From Planctomycetota bacterium (GTDB lineage: Bacteria > Planctomycetota > UBA1135 > UBA2386), in assembly GCA_965223545.1 (NCBI GenBank), contig OZ245006.1, positions 5,664,001 to 5,728,000 of the forward strand: a stretch of 64,000 bases of DNA, written 5' to 3'. The notes under the pieces are model-generated. The model was not told where the DNA came from and searched no databases. It saw only the letters and a list, made by a program, of their open reading frames with translations. A program made the translations under genes and the position numbers. This document shows positions 1 through 8,382 of this stretch, piece by piece; within the stretch, counting starts at the first letter, position 1, and each line of letters opens with the position of its first letter.

Positions 1-1
1 C

Positions 2-82
2 CTGTTCGCCATGACCTTCTTCATCAACACGTTGGCGGAGGCGGTGCGGCTGCGCTTTCGCAAGCGGGCGTTCGAGCTGTGA
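2..82 (+). CDS. pstC: phosphate ABC transporter permease PstC, 3' end only (partial)
   Basis: Frame 2 reads [26 protein letters not shown], a typical PstC C-terminal helix; its TGA overlaps the pstA GTG (GTGA). Confidence 0.85.
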   Translation: MFAMTFFINTLAEAVRLRFRKRAFEL

Positions 83-2148
83 CCGCGCCCCTGCGAGACC
101 AGCTGGCGTCCGATCCAGCGCTGCGGCCGGGTCGGCCGGGCGTGGCTCGGCGCCGCTCGACGTCCACCATGCGGGCGCGCGGCGAGCCGATGCTTTGGCT
201 GACCGGCGGCGCGCTGGTGACGTGCTTTGCGATGGTGATCGGGTTCCTGCTCTGGGTCGCTGCGGTCGGCCTGGGGACGTTCTGGCCGTCGCCCATCGTG
301 CGGGTCGTGACCGGCGACGGTGCGGTGTACATGGGCGAGCTGGCCAAGCACGAGCGCTACCGAGTCGCGCAGGAGGTGATCGACGGGCTGCCCGCCGAGT
401 CGGCGGCGCGGGCCGCCGCCGAAGCCGCGGAGAACGAGGGTGAGATCGGCCGCGGTTTGCTGCGCAGCGGCAACTTCGATCTGACCGGCACCCATTTCCA
501 CTGGGTGGATGACTTTCGCGTCGTCGAGCGTGACGAGCCGCAGTGGGCGTTGGTGGTCGAGCGCCTCGAGTGGGGGCGCTTCTACGGTTTTCCCGAGGCC
601 TACGCCATCGTGACACCCCGGCGCGTCGCCCCTGGCGGGAGTGAGCCGGTCGCCCTCGAGCAGCAGCTCGCGGATCTGGAGCTCGCCGACGGGGCGGAGG
701 CGGGAGTGCTGGTGGAGCGCAGAGACGGAGGTGAGCGAACCGAGCGTTTGCTCACTGTCGCCGAGGTCTCACCGAGCGAGCGAGTGCTCGGCGTCGCGGC
801 AGTCTGGCGCGGTGCCGACGCGGCGTGGCGAGCGTTCCAGGAGCACCACGCGGCGGTCCGCGATCTGTGGCACTCCAAGCAGTCGTTGGCGAGCGGCGAG
901 GGTGGGGTGATCCAGCGCCGCTTGCGCGATGCGGCGATCGAGTTGCGCGCCGCCGAGCTGGAGCTGGAGCCACCGGCGCCATGGGTCGCGGCCTATCAGC
1001 GTCTGGACGATGCACGCCGCGAGCGCGATCCGCAGCTGATCGAGCAGTGCAGCCAGCGTCTGGCGGCTGTCGAGCAGGAGCTCGGTGCGCCGTCGCCCGA
1101 GTTCCTCGCTGTGCTGGAGCGGCTGGAGCGCGAACGCGCGGCGGCGGGGCGTGATCACGAGGACCTGCGCCAGCAGGTGCGAGACATCGAGGCCGAGATG
1201 GAGCGGCACCGGCTCCTGCTGACCACGGCGACGGCGGGGCAGGAGAAGCTGCTGAGTAGCTACGAGATCGTCCGGGCATACCCCGCCAACCAGCTGGGCC
1301 TGGGCGAATCGCTGGCCGTCTATGGCAGCCGGTGGTGGGAGTTCGTCAGCGACGAGCCGCGCGAATCGAACTTCGAGGGTGGCGTGTTCCCGGCGATCTT
1401 CGGCACCGTGCTGATGACGCTCATCATGTGCATCCTGGTGGTGCCGTTCGGCGTCTTGGCCGCGCTCTACTTGCGCGAGTACGCCAAGGCCGGTCCGGTG
1501 ATCTCGATGGTGCGCATCGCGGTCAACAACTTGGCCGGTGTGCCGAGCATCGTCTTCGGCGTCTTCGGGGTGGGGTTCTTCTGCTACATCGTCGGCAGCA
1601 GCATCGACGAGCTGTTGTTCGCCGCTCGACTGCCCGAGCCGACGTTCGGTACCGGGGGGTTGTTGTGGGCGTCGCTGACGCTGGCGCTGTTGACGCTGCC
1701 GGTGGTCATCGTGGCGACCGAAGAGGCCCTCGCCGCCGTGCCGAAGTCGATGCGGGAGGGCAGCTACGCCTGTGGTGCGAGCAAGTGGCAAACGATCCGC
1801 CGCATCGTGCTGCCGAGGGCGATGCCGGGGATCATGACCGGTGCCATCCTGGCCATGGCGCGTGGCGCGGGCGAGGTGGCGCCGTTGATGTTGGTCGGGG
1901 CGGTCAAGCTGGCACCGAAGCTGCCGCTGGACTTCGCCGATCTACCGACGTTCGGTGTCGATCGCAGCTTCATGCACCTCGGCTATCACATCTACGACCT
2001 CGGCTTCCAAAGCCAGAACTCCGAGGCCGCCAAGCCGATGGTCTACACCACGACTCTGCTGCTGATCGCCATCATCGCGTTGCTCAACCTGACCGCGATC
2101 TGGCTGCGGGGTCGCTTACACCGGCGTTTCGTCGCCAACCATTTCTGA
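79..2148 (+). CDS. pstA: phosphate ABC transporter permease PstA, long form with large extracytoplasmic insert
   Basis: [32 protein letters not shown] loop ([15 protein letters not shown]), [11 protein letters not shown]; followed by pstB. Confidence 0.95.
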   Translation: MTAPLRDQLASDPALRPGRPGVARRRSTSTMRARGEPMLWLTGGALVTCFAMVIGFLLWVAAVGLGTFWPSPIVRVVTGDGAVYMGELAKHERYRVAQEVIDGLPAESAARAAAEAAENEGEIGRGLLRSGNFDLTGTHFHWVDDFRVVERDEPQWALVVERLEWGRFYGFPEAYAIVTPRRVAPGGSEPVALEQQLADLELADGAEAGVLVERRDGGERTERLLTVAEVSPSERVLGVAAVWRGADAAWRAFQEHHAAVRDLWHSKQSLASGEGGVIQRRLRDAAIELRAAELELEPPAPWVAAYQRLDDARRERDPQLIEQCSQRLAAVEQELGAPSPEFLAVLERLERERAAAGRDHEDLRQQVRDIEAEMERHRLLLTTATAGQEKLLSSYEIVRAYPANQLGLGESLAVYGSRWWEFVSDEPRESNFEGGVFPAIFGTVLMTLIMCILVVPFGVLAALYLREYAKAGPVISMVRIAVNNLAGVPSIVFGVFGVGFFCYIVGSSIDELLFAARLPEPTFGTGGLLWASLTLALLTLPVVIVATEEALAAVPKSMREGSYACGASKWQTIRRIVLPRAMPGIMTGAILAMARGAGEVAPLMLVGAVKLAPKLPLDFADLPTFGVDRSFMHLGYHIYDLGFQSQNSEAAKPMVYTTTLLLIAIIALLNLTAIWLRGRLHRRFVANHF

Positions 2149-2263
2149 TGTGTCGTTCGCGCTATCGTCCACGAGTCGGGTCTGTTCGACCCAGAGGTTG
2201 CCAACCGTGTCGACCGCTTCCGTTCCCGTCCCCAACCGACCGCGCCGCCGCGCCGAGTCCGCG

Positions 2264-3091
2264 ATGAGCGACAGTCGACTCGAGCCGATTTCCGGCGAGG
2301 CCGTGGCCGCCGACACGCACGTCGAGCTCGCTGCCGAAGAACACGTGCTGGAGATCGAGCGCTTCAATCTCTGGTACGGAGACAAGCAGGCGCTGCACGA
2401 GGTCGGAATGGGCGTGCCGCGCGGCAAGATCACCGCGTTGATCGGTCCGTCGGGCTGCGGCAAGTCGACGTTGCTGCGCTCGGTGAACCGCCTCAACGAT
2501 CTGATCGACAGCGTGCAGGTGAGCGGCGAGATGCGGCTCAACGGCGACTCGATCTACGGGTCACGGGTCGACGTCATCGAGCTGCGCAAACGGATGGGAA
2601 TGGTCTTTCAGAAGTCCAATCCGTTTCCATTGAGCATCTTCGAGAACGTGGTCTATCCCCTGCGCATCGATGGCGAGCGCGACAAGGCCGTGCTGCAGGA
2701 CGTTTGCGAGCGGGCGCTCCGCGGCGCGGCGCTGTGGGACGAGGCCAAGGACCGGCTCCACGATAGTGCGCTCGGCCTCAGCGGTGGCCAGCAGCAGCGA
2801 CTGTGCATCGCGCGGGCGATCGCCGGCGATCCCGAAGTGCTGTTGATGGACGAGCCGTGCTCCGCCCTCGATCCGATCGCGACCGGCAAGATCGAGGAGT
2901 TGATGGAGCAGCTCCGCGGGGACTACACCATCGTCATCGTCACCCACAACATGCAGCAGGCGTCGCGATGCAGTGACTTCACGGCGTTCATGTACCTCGG
3001 TCGGTTGATCGAGTACGGACCCACCGAGGCGATGTTTACGCGGCCTCACCTCACCGAGACGGAAGACTACATCAGTGGCCGATTTGGCTGA
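2264..3091 (+). CDS. pstB: phosphate ABC transporter ATPase PstB
   Basis: Walker [51 protein letters not shown]-terminal YISGRFG; start trimmed to ATG 2264. Confidence 0.96.
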   Translation: MSDSRLEPISGEAVAADTHVELAAEEHVLEIERFNLWYGDKQALHEVGMGVPRGKITALIGPSGCGKSTLLRSVNRLNDLIDSVQVSGEMRLNGDSIYGSRVDVIELRKRMGMVFQKSNPFPLSIFENVVYPLRIDGERDKAVLQDVCERALRGAALWDEAKDRLHDSALGLSGGQQQRLCIARAIAGDPEVLLMDEPCSALDPIATGKIEELMEQLRGDYTIVIVTHNMQQASRCSDFTAFMYLGRLIEYGPTEAMFTRPHLTETEDYISGRFG

Positions 3092-3106
3092 TCCAACGAG
3101 AGCGAC

Positions 3107-3586
3107 ATGATCACGACCCTCCATGGCTCATTCTCCGGGGGCCTCTTGCTGGCCTGCTGTCTGTCGTTTGCCGCGTGCGAGACCGCCCGGGTCGGCGCCG
3201 CCGAAGCCAGCGCCGCCGAAGCCACCGCGGTCGATGCCGCGCTGTTCGCCGTGCCGGGGTTCGAGGTCGCCATCGAGGACGGTCGGCTGTGGGTCACCAA
3301 GCCGGGCCAGCAACGCAGCGACAAGGCGGTCACCCTGCCAGGAGCCGGTCCCGATGGTCGCACCGTGCGGGCCGTGGACCGAGAGACCGCTCTCGAGTAC
3401 CTGGCGTCGCGGTCGGGATTCGACGTCCGCATCGAGGACGGTCGGCTCTGGATCACGCGCGATGGCCAGCAGCGTTCCGACAAGCACGTCACCAAGGTCG
3501 GCGCCGGGCCGTTGCGGACGACGATCAAGGCCGTCGATCGCGAGACTCTCGACGCGTATCTCGAGGCGCTGGGCCGGGATCGCTGA
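3107..3586 (+). CDS. lipoprotein of unknown function with two tandem 53-aa repeats
   Basis: Lipobox FAAC; repeat GFxVxIEDGRLWxTxxGQQRSDKxVTxxGAGPxxxTxxAVDRET starts at 3257 and 3416; 15 nt after pstB. Confidence 0.8.
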   Translation: MITTLHGSFSGGLLLACCLSFAACETARVGAAEASAAEATAVDAALFAVPGFEVAIEDGRLWVTKPGQQRSDKAVTLPGAGPDGRTVRAVDRETALEYLASRSGFDVRIEDGRLWITRDGQQRSDKHVTKVGAGPLRTTIKAVDRETLDAYLEALGRDR

Positions 3587-3674
3587 GTGCGCGGCGGAAG
3601 CACGCGGCCGTTGCCACGGTGATGACGGCCCGGTGCTTGCCAGTCGCGTGGCGAGCGCGCACTCTACGCGCGTC

Positions 3675-4280
3675 ATGCCGCCGAGTTCCCGAGATCGCCG
3701 CACCGAGATCGACAGCGCTGTCGCCGGTGAGGCAGAGCTTCTCGAGCGGCTCCTGCGCGAGGCGGAGCCCGAGCTTCGCCGGGGGCTTCGCGTCGATCCG
3801 GTGTGGAGTCGCAGCCTGGACGTCGATGACGTGCTGCAGGTGACGTGGTTGGAGGCGTTCTTGCGCATCGGTGGTCTCGAGCAGCGCACGTGGCCCGGCT
3901 TCTGCGCCTGGCTGCGGCGCATCGCCGAGAACAACTTGGTCGATGCCGTGCGCGCGCTCGAGCGCGACAAGCGCCCCGACCCGCGCCGCCGCGACACGCG
4001 CGGACCACAGGGTGAGTCGACGCGGACATTGCTCATGGCAATCGCCGGCGAGCAAGCCACCGCCGGGAGCCAGGCCGCGTTGGCCGAGGAGGTCGCGCGC
4101 ATGCGCGCCGCGATCACCCGGCTCCCCAAGAGCTACCGCACCGTGATCGAAGAAATGGACCTCGCCGAAGTACCCGTGCGAGAGATGGCCGAGCGACTCG
4201 GCCGCAGCACCGGCGCCGTGCACATGCTGAGGTCCCGCGCACACGACCGCCTCCGCGAACTCCTCCTCCGCGGTGAGTGA
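3675..4280 (+). CDS. ECF RNA polymerase sigma factor
   Basis: Region 2 DVDDVLQVTWLEAF...WLRRIAENNLVD; region 4 LPKSYRTVI...REMAERLGRSTGAVHMLRSRA; start trimmed to ATG 3675. Confidence 0.9.
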   Translation: MPPSSRDRRTEIDSAVAGEAELLERLLREAEPELRRGLRVDPVWSRSLDVDDVLQVTWLEAFLRIGGLEQRTWPGFCAWLRRIAENNLVDAVRALERDKRPDPRRRDTRGPQGESTRTLLMAIAGEQATAGSQAALAEEVARMRAAITRLPKSYRTVIEEMDLAEVPVREMAERLGRSTGAVHMLRSRAHDRLRELLLRGE

Positions 4281-4286
4281 AGGTAG

Positions 4287-4347
4287 GGAGCCTGGCTCCG
4301 TACCATCACTTGGCTGCCGGGTGATGAATCGGAGCCTGGCTCCGTAC
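4287..4347. repeat. REP-like doublet: 17-bp direct repeat GGAGCCTGGCTCCGTAC x2, each with an internal palindrome
   Basis: Identical copies at 4287-4303 and 4331-4347; core GGAGCC-T-GGCTCC; the 27-bp spacer has its own inverted repeat CATCAC...GTGATG; first copy preceded by GTAG. Confidence 0.7.
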
Positions 4348-4361
4348 GTGCGCTTGCGAGT

Positions 4362-4745
4362 CTAGGTGTGGGTGGGGAGGTGGTCGACCAGGGCGGCGGC
4401 GATGCCTGCGCGGACGCGGTGCTCGAGATCGGAGGCGGCTCGGCGTTGGAGGGTGTCGAGCTCGTCGTCCAGGCCGGCGAGCGCCGCCTGGAGCTCGCTC
4501 AGGTCGCGCTCGAGGGCGGCAATGTCGTCGTCGATGCTCTGGCAGACGAGTCGCACGTCGCGCTCGGTGGTGGCGTGGCCCTCGAGCTGCAGGAGCCGCA
4601 GGGCGCCGTTCCAGTGCTCGCGGTCCTCCAGCGTCTGGGTCAGCCTCTGCTGCAATGCCTGCAGCTCGGCGTGGTAGCGCCGGCGCAGGTCGCGCAGGCG
4701 GGTCTTGCTGATCGGTGAGGGGGAAGGAGTCGGGATCCTGTTCAA
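4362..4745 (-). CDS. hypothetical coiled-coil protein
   Basis: Heptad-like helices (ELQALQQRL, IAALERDLSELQAALAGLDDELDTLQRR); start uncertain (TTG 4745). Confidence 0.5.
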   Translation of the reverse strand: MNRIPTPSPSPISKTRLRDLRRRYHAELQALQQRLTQTLEDREHWNGALRLLQLEGHATTERDVRLVCQSIDDDIAALERDLSELQAALAGLDDELDTLQRRAASDLEHRVRAGIAAALVDHLPTHT

Positions 4746-4885
4746 GGGTCTTCTCGGTTTCGGACGCGGCCGATGTGTGCGTCCAGGACGCTGGCAGATC
4801 GTCCGGTGGGTTGATGAAGTGAAGTGTGTCGGCCGGTTAAAGATTGGCGGTCCCGCCGCTGCGACCACTCCTTAGCCTTGGGTGA

Positions 4886-6664
4886 ATGCGAGATCGCGCG
4901 GCACGCACGGCGAGTTCCGCCCGGCTCCCGTCGCGTTGGCCCCGGCGGATCGCGTTGCTCGTCGCCGGCGTCTCCGTATTGCTCGTGGTGGGCTGGCTGG
5001 CGGCTCCGGCGGTGGTGGGATGGGTCGTGCGCTCGCAGCTGGCCGCCGCCGGTTGGCCGCGGGCGGCGATCGGCGAAGTGCGGCTGACCACGGCGAGCCT
5101 GGAGCTGCGGGATCTCGATCTCGGCCCCGACCTCGGCTGCCAGGTCGGAGCGGTCCGGGTCGAGTTCTCGCCGGCCCAGCTGTGGGCGCGGCGCGTGGGA
5201 CGGGTCGAGGTGCGCGGCTTGGCTCTGGTCGCCGCCCGCGGTGCCGATGGCTGGCAGCTGGCGGCGCTGTCGGGGCGCGAGGGCACGGCTTCCGAGCCCC
5301 CGCCGGCGAGCGGCACGCTGCCTCAGTGGCTGGTCGACGCGCCGCTGGATGCGTTGGAGATCGCCGGCGCCGCGCTCGAGCTGCGCGCCGACGAGGCCGT
5401 GCAGCGCGTGCGGTGGCACGGGGCGGTGACCGCGCCACAGGCCGGACGACTGACCGCCGACTTCGAACTCAGCGGGGTGGGCCTGACGTCGGAGCTGCGG
5501 CTCGGGTTGGAGGTCGCGCCGACCGCTGCCGAGGGCGAGTGGTCGGTCGCGGTGCGCGCCGCCGAAGATGCGCCTCGCCGGGTCGCGGGCCGGCTGCAGG
5601 GTGATCTCTCCCTGCGCGCGGCACCGGGCGGAATGCAGGTCGAAGTCGGCGGCAAGGGCCGGGATCTCTCGGTGGCGCGGACCACGGCGACCCCCGTGGC
5701 CGTCGATGGGGTGTCGCTCGAGTTCACCGCCCGCGCAGAGCACGGGCTCGCCGAGGCGGAGGTGCGGCTGCAGACGGATGCCGGCGGCGCGCGGCTCCCC
5801 ACCGGCCACACCGCGCACGGCGACCTGCGCATCTCCTATCGCAGTGCCGGCTCCGCGGGTGGCCCTGCGCCACCGTTGCAGCTGTGGCTGGCGGCCGGCG
5901 AGGTCCGCGACGCCGGCGGAGAGACGGTGGCCGACGCCATCGAGGGCGAGGTCGCGTTCTCCTCGCTCCAGCCGCTGCGCTCGGCGCCGGCGACGTTCAC
6001 GTGGGCGGCGCTCTCGATGGGGGAGCTGCGCACCGTCGACGGCGAGCTGTCGATCGAGGTCGAAGGCGCGGACCGGTTGGCCGTGCGCTCGCTGCTGTGC
6101 GGGCTGGCGCCACACGGGGTGATTGTGCTGACGCCGTTCGAGCTGCGGTTGCCCTCGCCGACGATCGCCACCCGCGTCGAACTCGAGGAGGTGCCGCTCG
6201 ACGGCTGGCTGCAGCTCCTCAGCCGCGGCAAGGTGCGCGGTGAAGGCACGCTCACCGGCGGCATCGACGTCGAGGTGCGCACCGAGCCTCGCTTGGCGCT
6301 GGCGTTGGGCGACGGGCGCTTCGAGGCGCGCGGTGGTGGTTCGTTCGAGGTCGACGACTTGGCGGCGGCGCGCGATGTGCTCACCCAGCAGCTGGCCGCC
6401 TCCGGCGAGCAGGTCGACGACGCCGTGCGCCGTGCGATTCTGGACAGCCTGGCCGAGTTCGACTTCGACCGGCTGAGCTTCGAGATCGTGCCGGATGCGC
6501 CCGAACGCGTGTTGCGCGTGCAGACCGCGGGCCGCGGCCGTACAGTGGGCCGCGAGCTGGATCTGACCGTGAACTTCCGGGGCTTCGAAGCACTGGTCGA
6601 TCTGCTCTTGGAGTTGAAGCTCGGCTGGGATCGCATGACCACGCTCACCGGCCCCAACAAGTGA
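4886..6664 (+). CDS. ydbH: YdbH-family (AsmA-like) intermembrane lipid transport protein
   Basis: N-terminal TM, long beta-rich body, C-terminal GEGTLTGGI...GRFEARGGG...LAEFDFDRL...LTVNFRG; first gene of a ydbH-ynbE-ydbL-like triplet. Confidence 0.8.
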   Translation: MRDRAARTASSARLPSRWPRRIALLVAGVSVLLVVGWLAAPAVVGWVVRSQLAAAGWPRAAIGEVRLTTASLELRDLDLGPDLGCQVGAVRVEFSPAQLWARRVGRVEVRGLALVAARGADGWQLAALSGREGTASEPPPASGTLPQWLVDAPLDALEIAGAALELRADEAVQRVRWHGAVTAPQAGRLTADFELSGVGLTSELRLGLEVAPTAAEGEWSVAVRAAEDAPRRVAGRLQGDLSLRAAPGGMQVEVGGKGRDLSVARTTATPVAVDGVSLEFTARAEHGLAEAEVRLQTDAGGARLPTGHTAHGDLRISYRSAGSAGGPAPPLQLWLAAGEVRDAGGETVADAIEGEVAFSSLQPLRSAPATFTWAALSMGELRTVDGELSIEVEGADRLAVRSLLCGLAPHGVIVLTPFELRLPSPTIATRVELEEVPLDGWLQLLSRGKVRGEGTLTGGIDVEVRTEPRLALALGDGRFEARGGGSFEVDDLAAARDVLTQQLAASGEQVDDAVRRAILDSLAEFDFDRLSFEIVPDAPERVLRVQTAGRGRTVGRELDLTVNFRGFEALVDLLLELKLGWDRMTTLTGPNK

Positions 6665-6684
6665 ACACGGAGTGTCCCTTGCGA

Positions 6685-6885
6685 ATGTTGTCGCCGCTCA
6701 GCACAGCGCTCTTGGGAATCGGGTTGCTCGCCGGCGCGTGCACGTCGCACGAGGTCGAGTTCAAGCCGATCCATCTGACCATCGACATCAACCTGCGCAT
6801 CCAGCAAGAGCTGGACGACTTCTTCGACTTCGAAGAGGAGCTGGATTTGCCCGAACCCACCGGCACCGAAGGAGGTCGGTCATGA
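6685..6885 (+). CDS. ynbE: YnbE-family lipoprotein
   Basis: Lipobox LAGAC followed by KPIHLTIDINLRIQQELDDFF, the YnbE-like motif. Confidence 0.8.
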   Translation: MLSPLSTALLGIGLLAGACTSHEVEFKPIHLTIDINLRIQQELDDFFDFEEELDLPEPTGTEGGRS

Positions 6886-7352
6886 CCCGGATCGCCACAC
6901 GACTCGCGCTGTTCATGTTGCTGGCGTCGGTTGCGGTCCCCGCCGCAGCGCAGAGCCCCGAGCGCACGCCGGACCAAATCCTCGCCGAGCTCAAGGACAC
7001 CATGGCGGAGCGCTACCCCGTGCTCGCCAAGCTGAAGGCCGCGGCCAAGGTCGGCGAGACCTACGAGGGTTTGGTGGGCGTCGTCAAGCCCGAGTTCGCC
7101 AAGCAGTCGACCAAGCCCGGCACCGAGGGGGCGCCGACCATCGGCCAGGTCGTCGACGCCGAGAACAAGGACCGGCGCGCGCTGTTCGCGGCACTGGCCA
7201 AGAAGACCGAAGTCGCCGTCGCCGAAGTCGCCAAGCAGAACGTGCTGCGGAACTTCAAGCGGGCGAAGCCAACAGAGTATCTGTTGGTGCGCAAGGGCAC
7301 GTGGATGCGAAAGCAAGACTTCGACGCCGCGCGCAAACGCAAGAAGAAGTGA
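6882..7352 (+). CDS. ydbL: YdbL family protein (DUF1318)
   Basis: Signal peptide; LKAAAKVGETYEGLV, VVDAENKDRRALFAALA, GTW; ATGA overlap with ynbE. Confidence 0.8.
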   Translation: MTRIATRLALFMLLASVAVPAAAQSPERTPDQILAELKDTMAERYPVLAKLKAAAKVGETYEGLVGVVKPEFAKQSTKPGTEGAPTIGQVVDAENKDRRALFAALAKKTEVAVAEVAKQNVLRNFKRAKPTEYLLVRKGTWMRKQDFDAARKRKKK

Positions 7353-7376
7353 GCGCGGCGCGCGCGGCGCTCCGCC

Positions 7377-8090
7377 TCAGGAGCCCGCGTCGAGCGTGCG
7401 CGCGCGCACCCGCAGGGCGCTGACGCGCGGCGCCGGCCGCGCCGCGCGCGGCCACGAACGCGGCACGGGCGTCGTGCCGGTCGACCGACTGTCCACGCAT
7501 CGCCAGAGCCACCGCGCGGCTTCGTTGCGGCCGAGGCCGATGCGGGGCGTCCAATGGGCGGCGCGGACCCGCGGCGCGGACTCGATCCAGATTCCGGCGG
7601 GCACGCAGAGCCGGGTACCGTCTCGGTCGAGGTCGATGCCCATGGCGGCGCACAGCTTGCCCGGACCGTTGGCGAGCTCGCGATCGAGGGCGCCGGCGCG
7701 CAGCAGTCGGCTGCGCTGGGAGGACGGTGTCGAGTCGGCGCGCGCTGCGCGCATCTGCGCCAGTCCGGAGACTGGCTCGATCGCGCGCAGCAGCACCGCG
7801 GTCCCCTCCGGGCCAGCGGTGACGTTGGCGCAGTGGTGGTTGCCGTAGGTGAAGTAGACGTAAATGTGGCCGGCGGGACCGAACATCGTGGCGCACCGCG
7901 CGGTCGGGCCACGGTATCCGTGCGCGGCCGGGTCGAGCCGGCCGGCGTAGGCCTCGGTCTCGACGATGCGTCCCGCCAGCCGCTGCTCCCCCTGCTGCAC
8001 GACGAGGTGCTGGCCGAGGAGGGCACGCGCCAGCCGCAGCACCGGCTGCTCGAAGAAGTCGGGCGCGAGGCTGCGCGCGGAGTTCGGCAT
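7377..8090 (-). CDS. DNA-3-methyladenine glycosylase (MPG/AAG family)
   Basis: ARALLG, GRIVETEAY, GHIYVYFTYGNHHCANV, VLLRAIEP, NGPGKLC, TPRIG. Confidence 0.93.
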   Translation of the reverse strand: MPNSARSLAPDFFEQPVLRLARALLGQHLVVQQGEQRLAGRIVETEAYAGRLDPAAHGYRGPTARCATMFGPAGHIYVYFTYGNHHCANVTAGPEGTAVLLRAIEPVSGLAQMRAARADSTPSSQRSRLLRAGALDRELANGPGKLCAAMGIDLDRDGTRLCVPAGIWIESAPRVRAAHWTPRIGLGRNEAARWLWRCVDSRSTGTTPVPRSWPRAARPAPRVSALRVRARTLDAGS

Positions 8091-8135
8091 GCGCCACACG
8101 ATACGGCGTCGCGCGGCGTCGCCGGGAGAGGGCCG

Positions 8136-8258
8136 TCAGCCGAGGTCGAGGGCGAAGCCGACGACCAATGCCAGCGCGAGCGCGCCGACCAAGAGGGCTC
8201 CGGGGCCGGCGGGTGCCGGCGCGAGGCGCGCGCGCAGGGAGAAATAGTGGTGCAGCAT
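8136..8258 (-). CDS. putative 40-aa single-TM small protein
   Basis: MLHHYFSLRARLAPAPAGPGALLVGALALALVVGFALDLG; hydrophobic C-terminal half; ECF-like promoter directly upstream. Confidence 0.4.
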   Translation of the reverse strand: MLHHYFSLRARLAPAPAGPGALLVGALALALVVGFALDLG

Positions 8259-8269
8259 GTCGTTGCCCG

Positions 8270-8296
8270 TAGACGAACGACGGGGCTCGGCATTCC
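8270..8296 (-). promoter_or_regulatory. candidate ECF-sigma promoter GGAAT-N16-CGTCTA
   Basis: On the minus strand, -35 GGAAT (8296-8292), 16-nt spacer, -10 CGTCTA (8275-8270), 11 nt before ATG 8258. Confidence 0.45.
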
Positions 8297-8382
8297 CGAT
8301 TCGGCAAAAAGGGAGCCGGCTGGGACCGGCGCGGGTGGTCGGCTTGCCGGCGCCGGAGGCGCCCGAATAGAGTACGAGGCGC

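Noticed and set aside
4287..4347. Mini CRISPR array
   Set aside because: Only two 17-bp copies, shorter than CRISPR repeats, and no cas genes in the window
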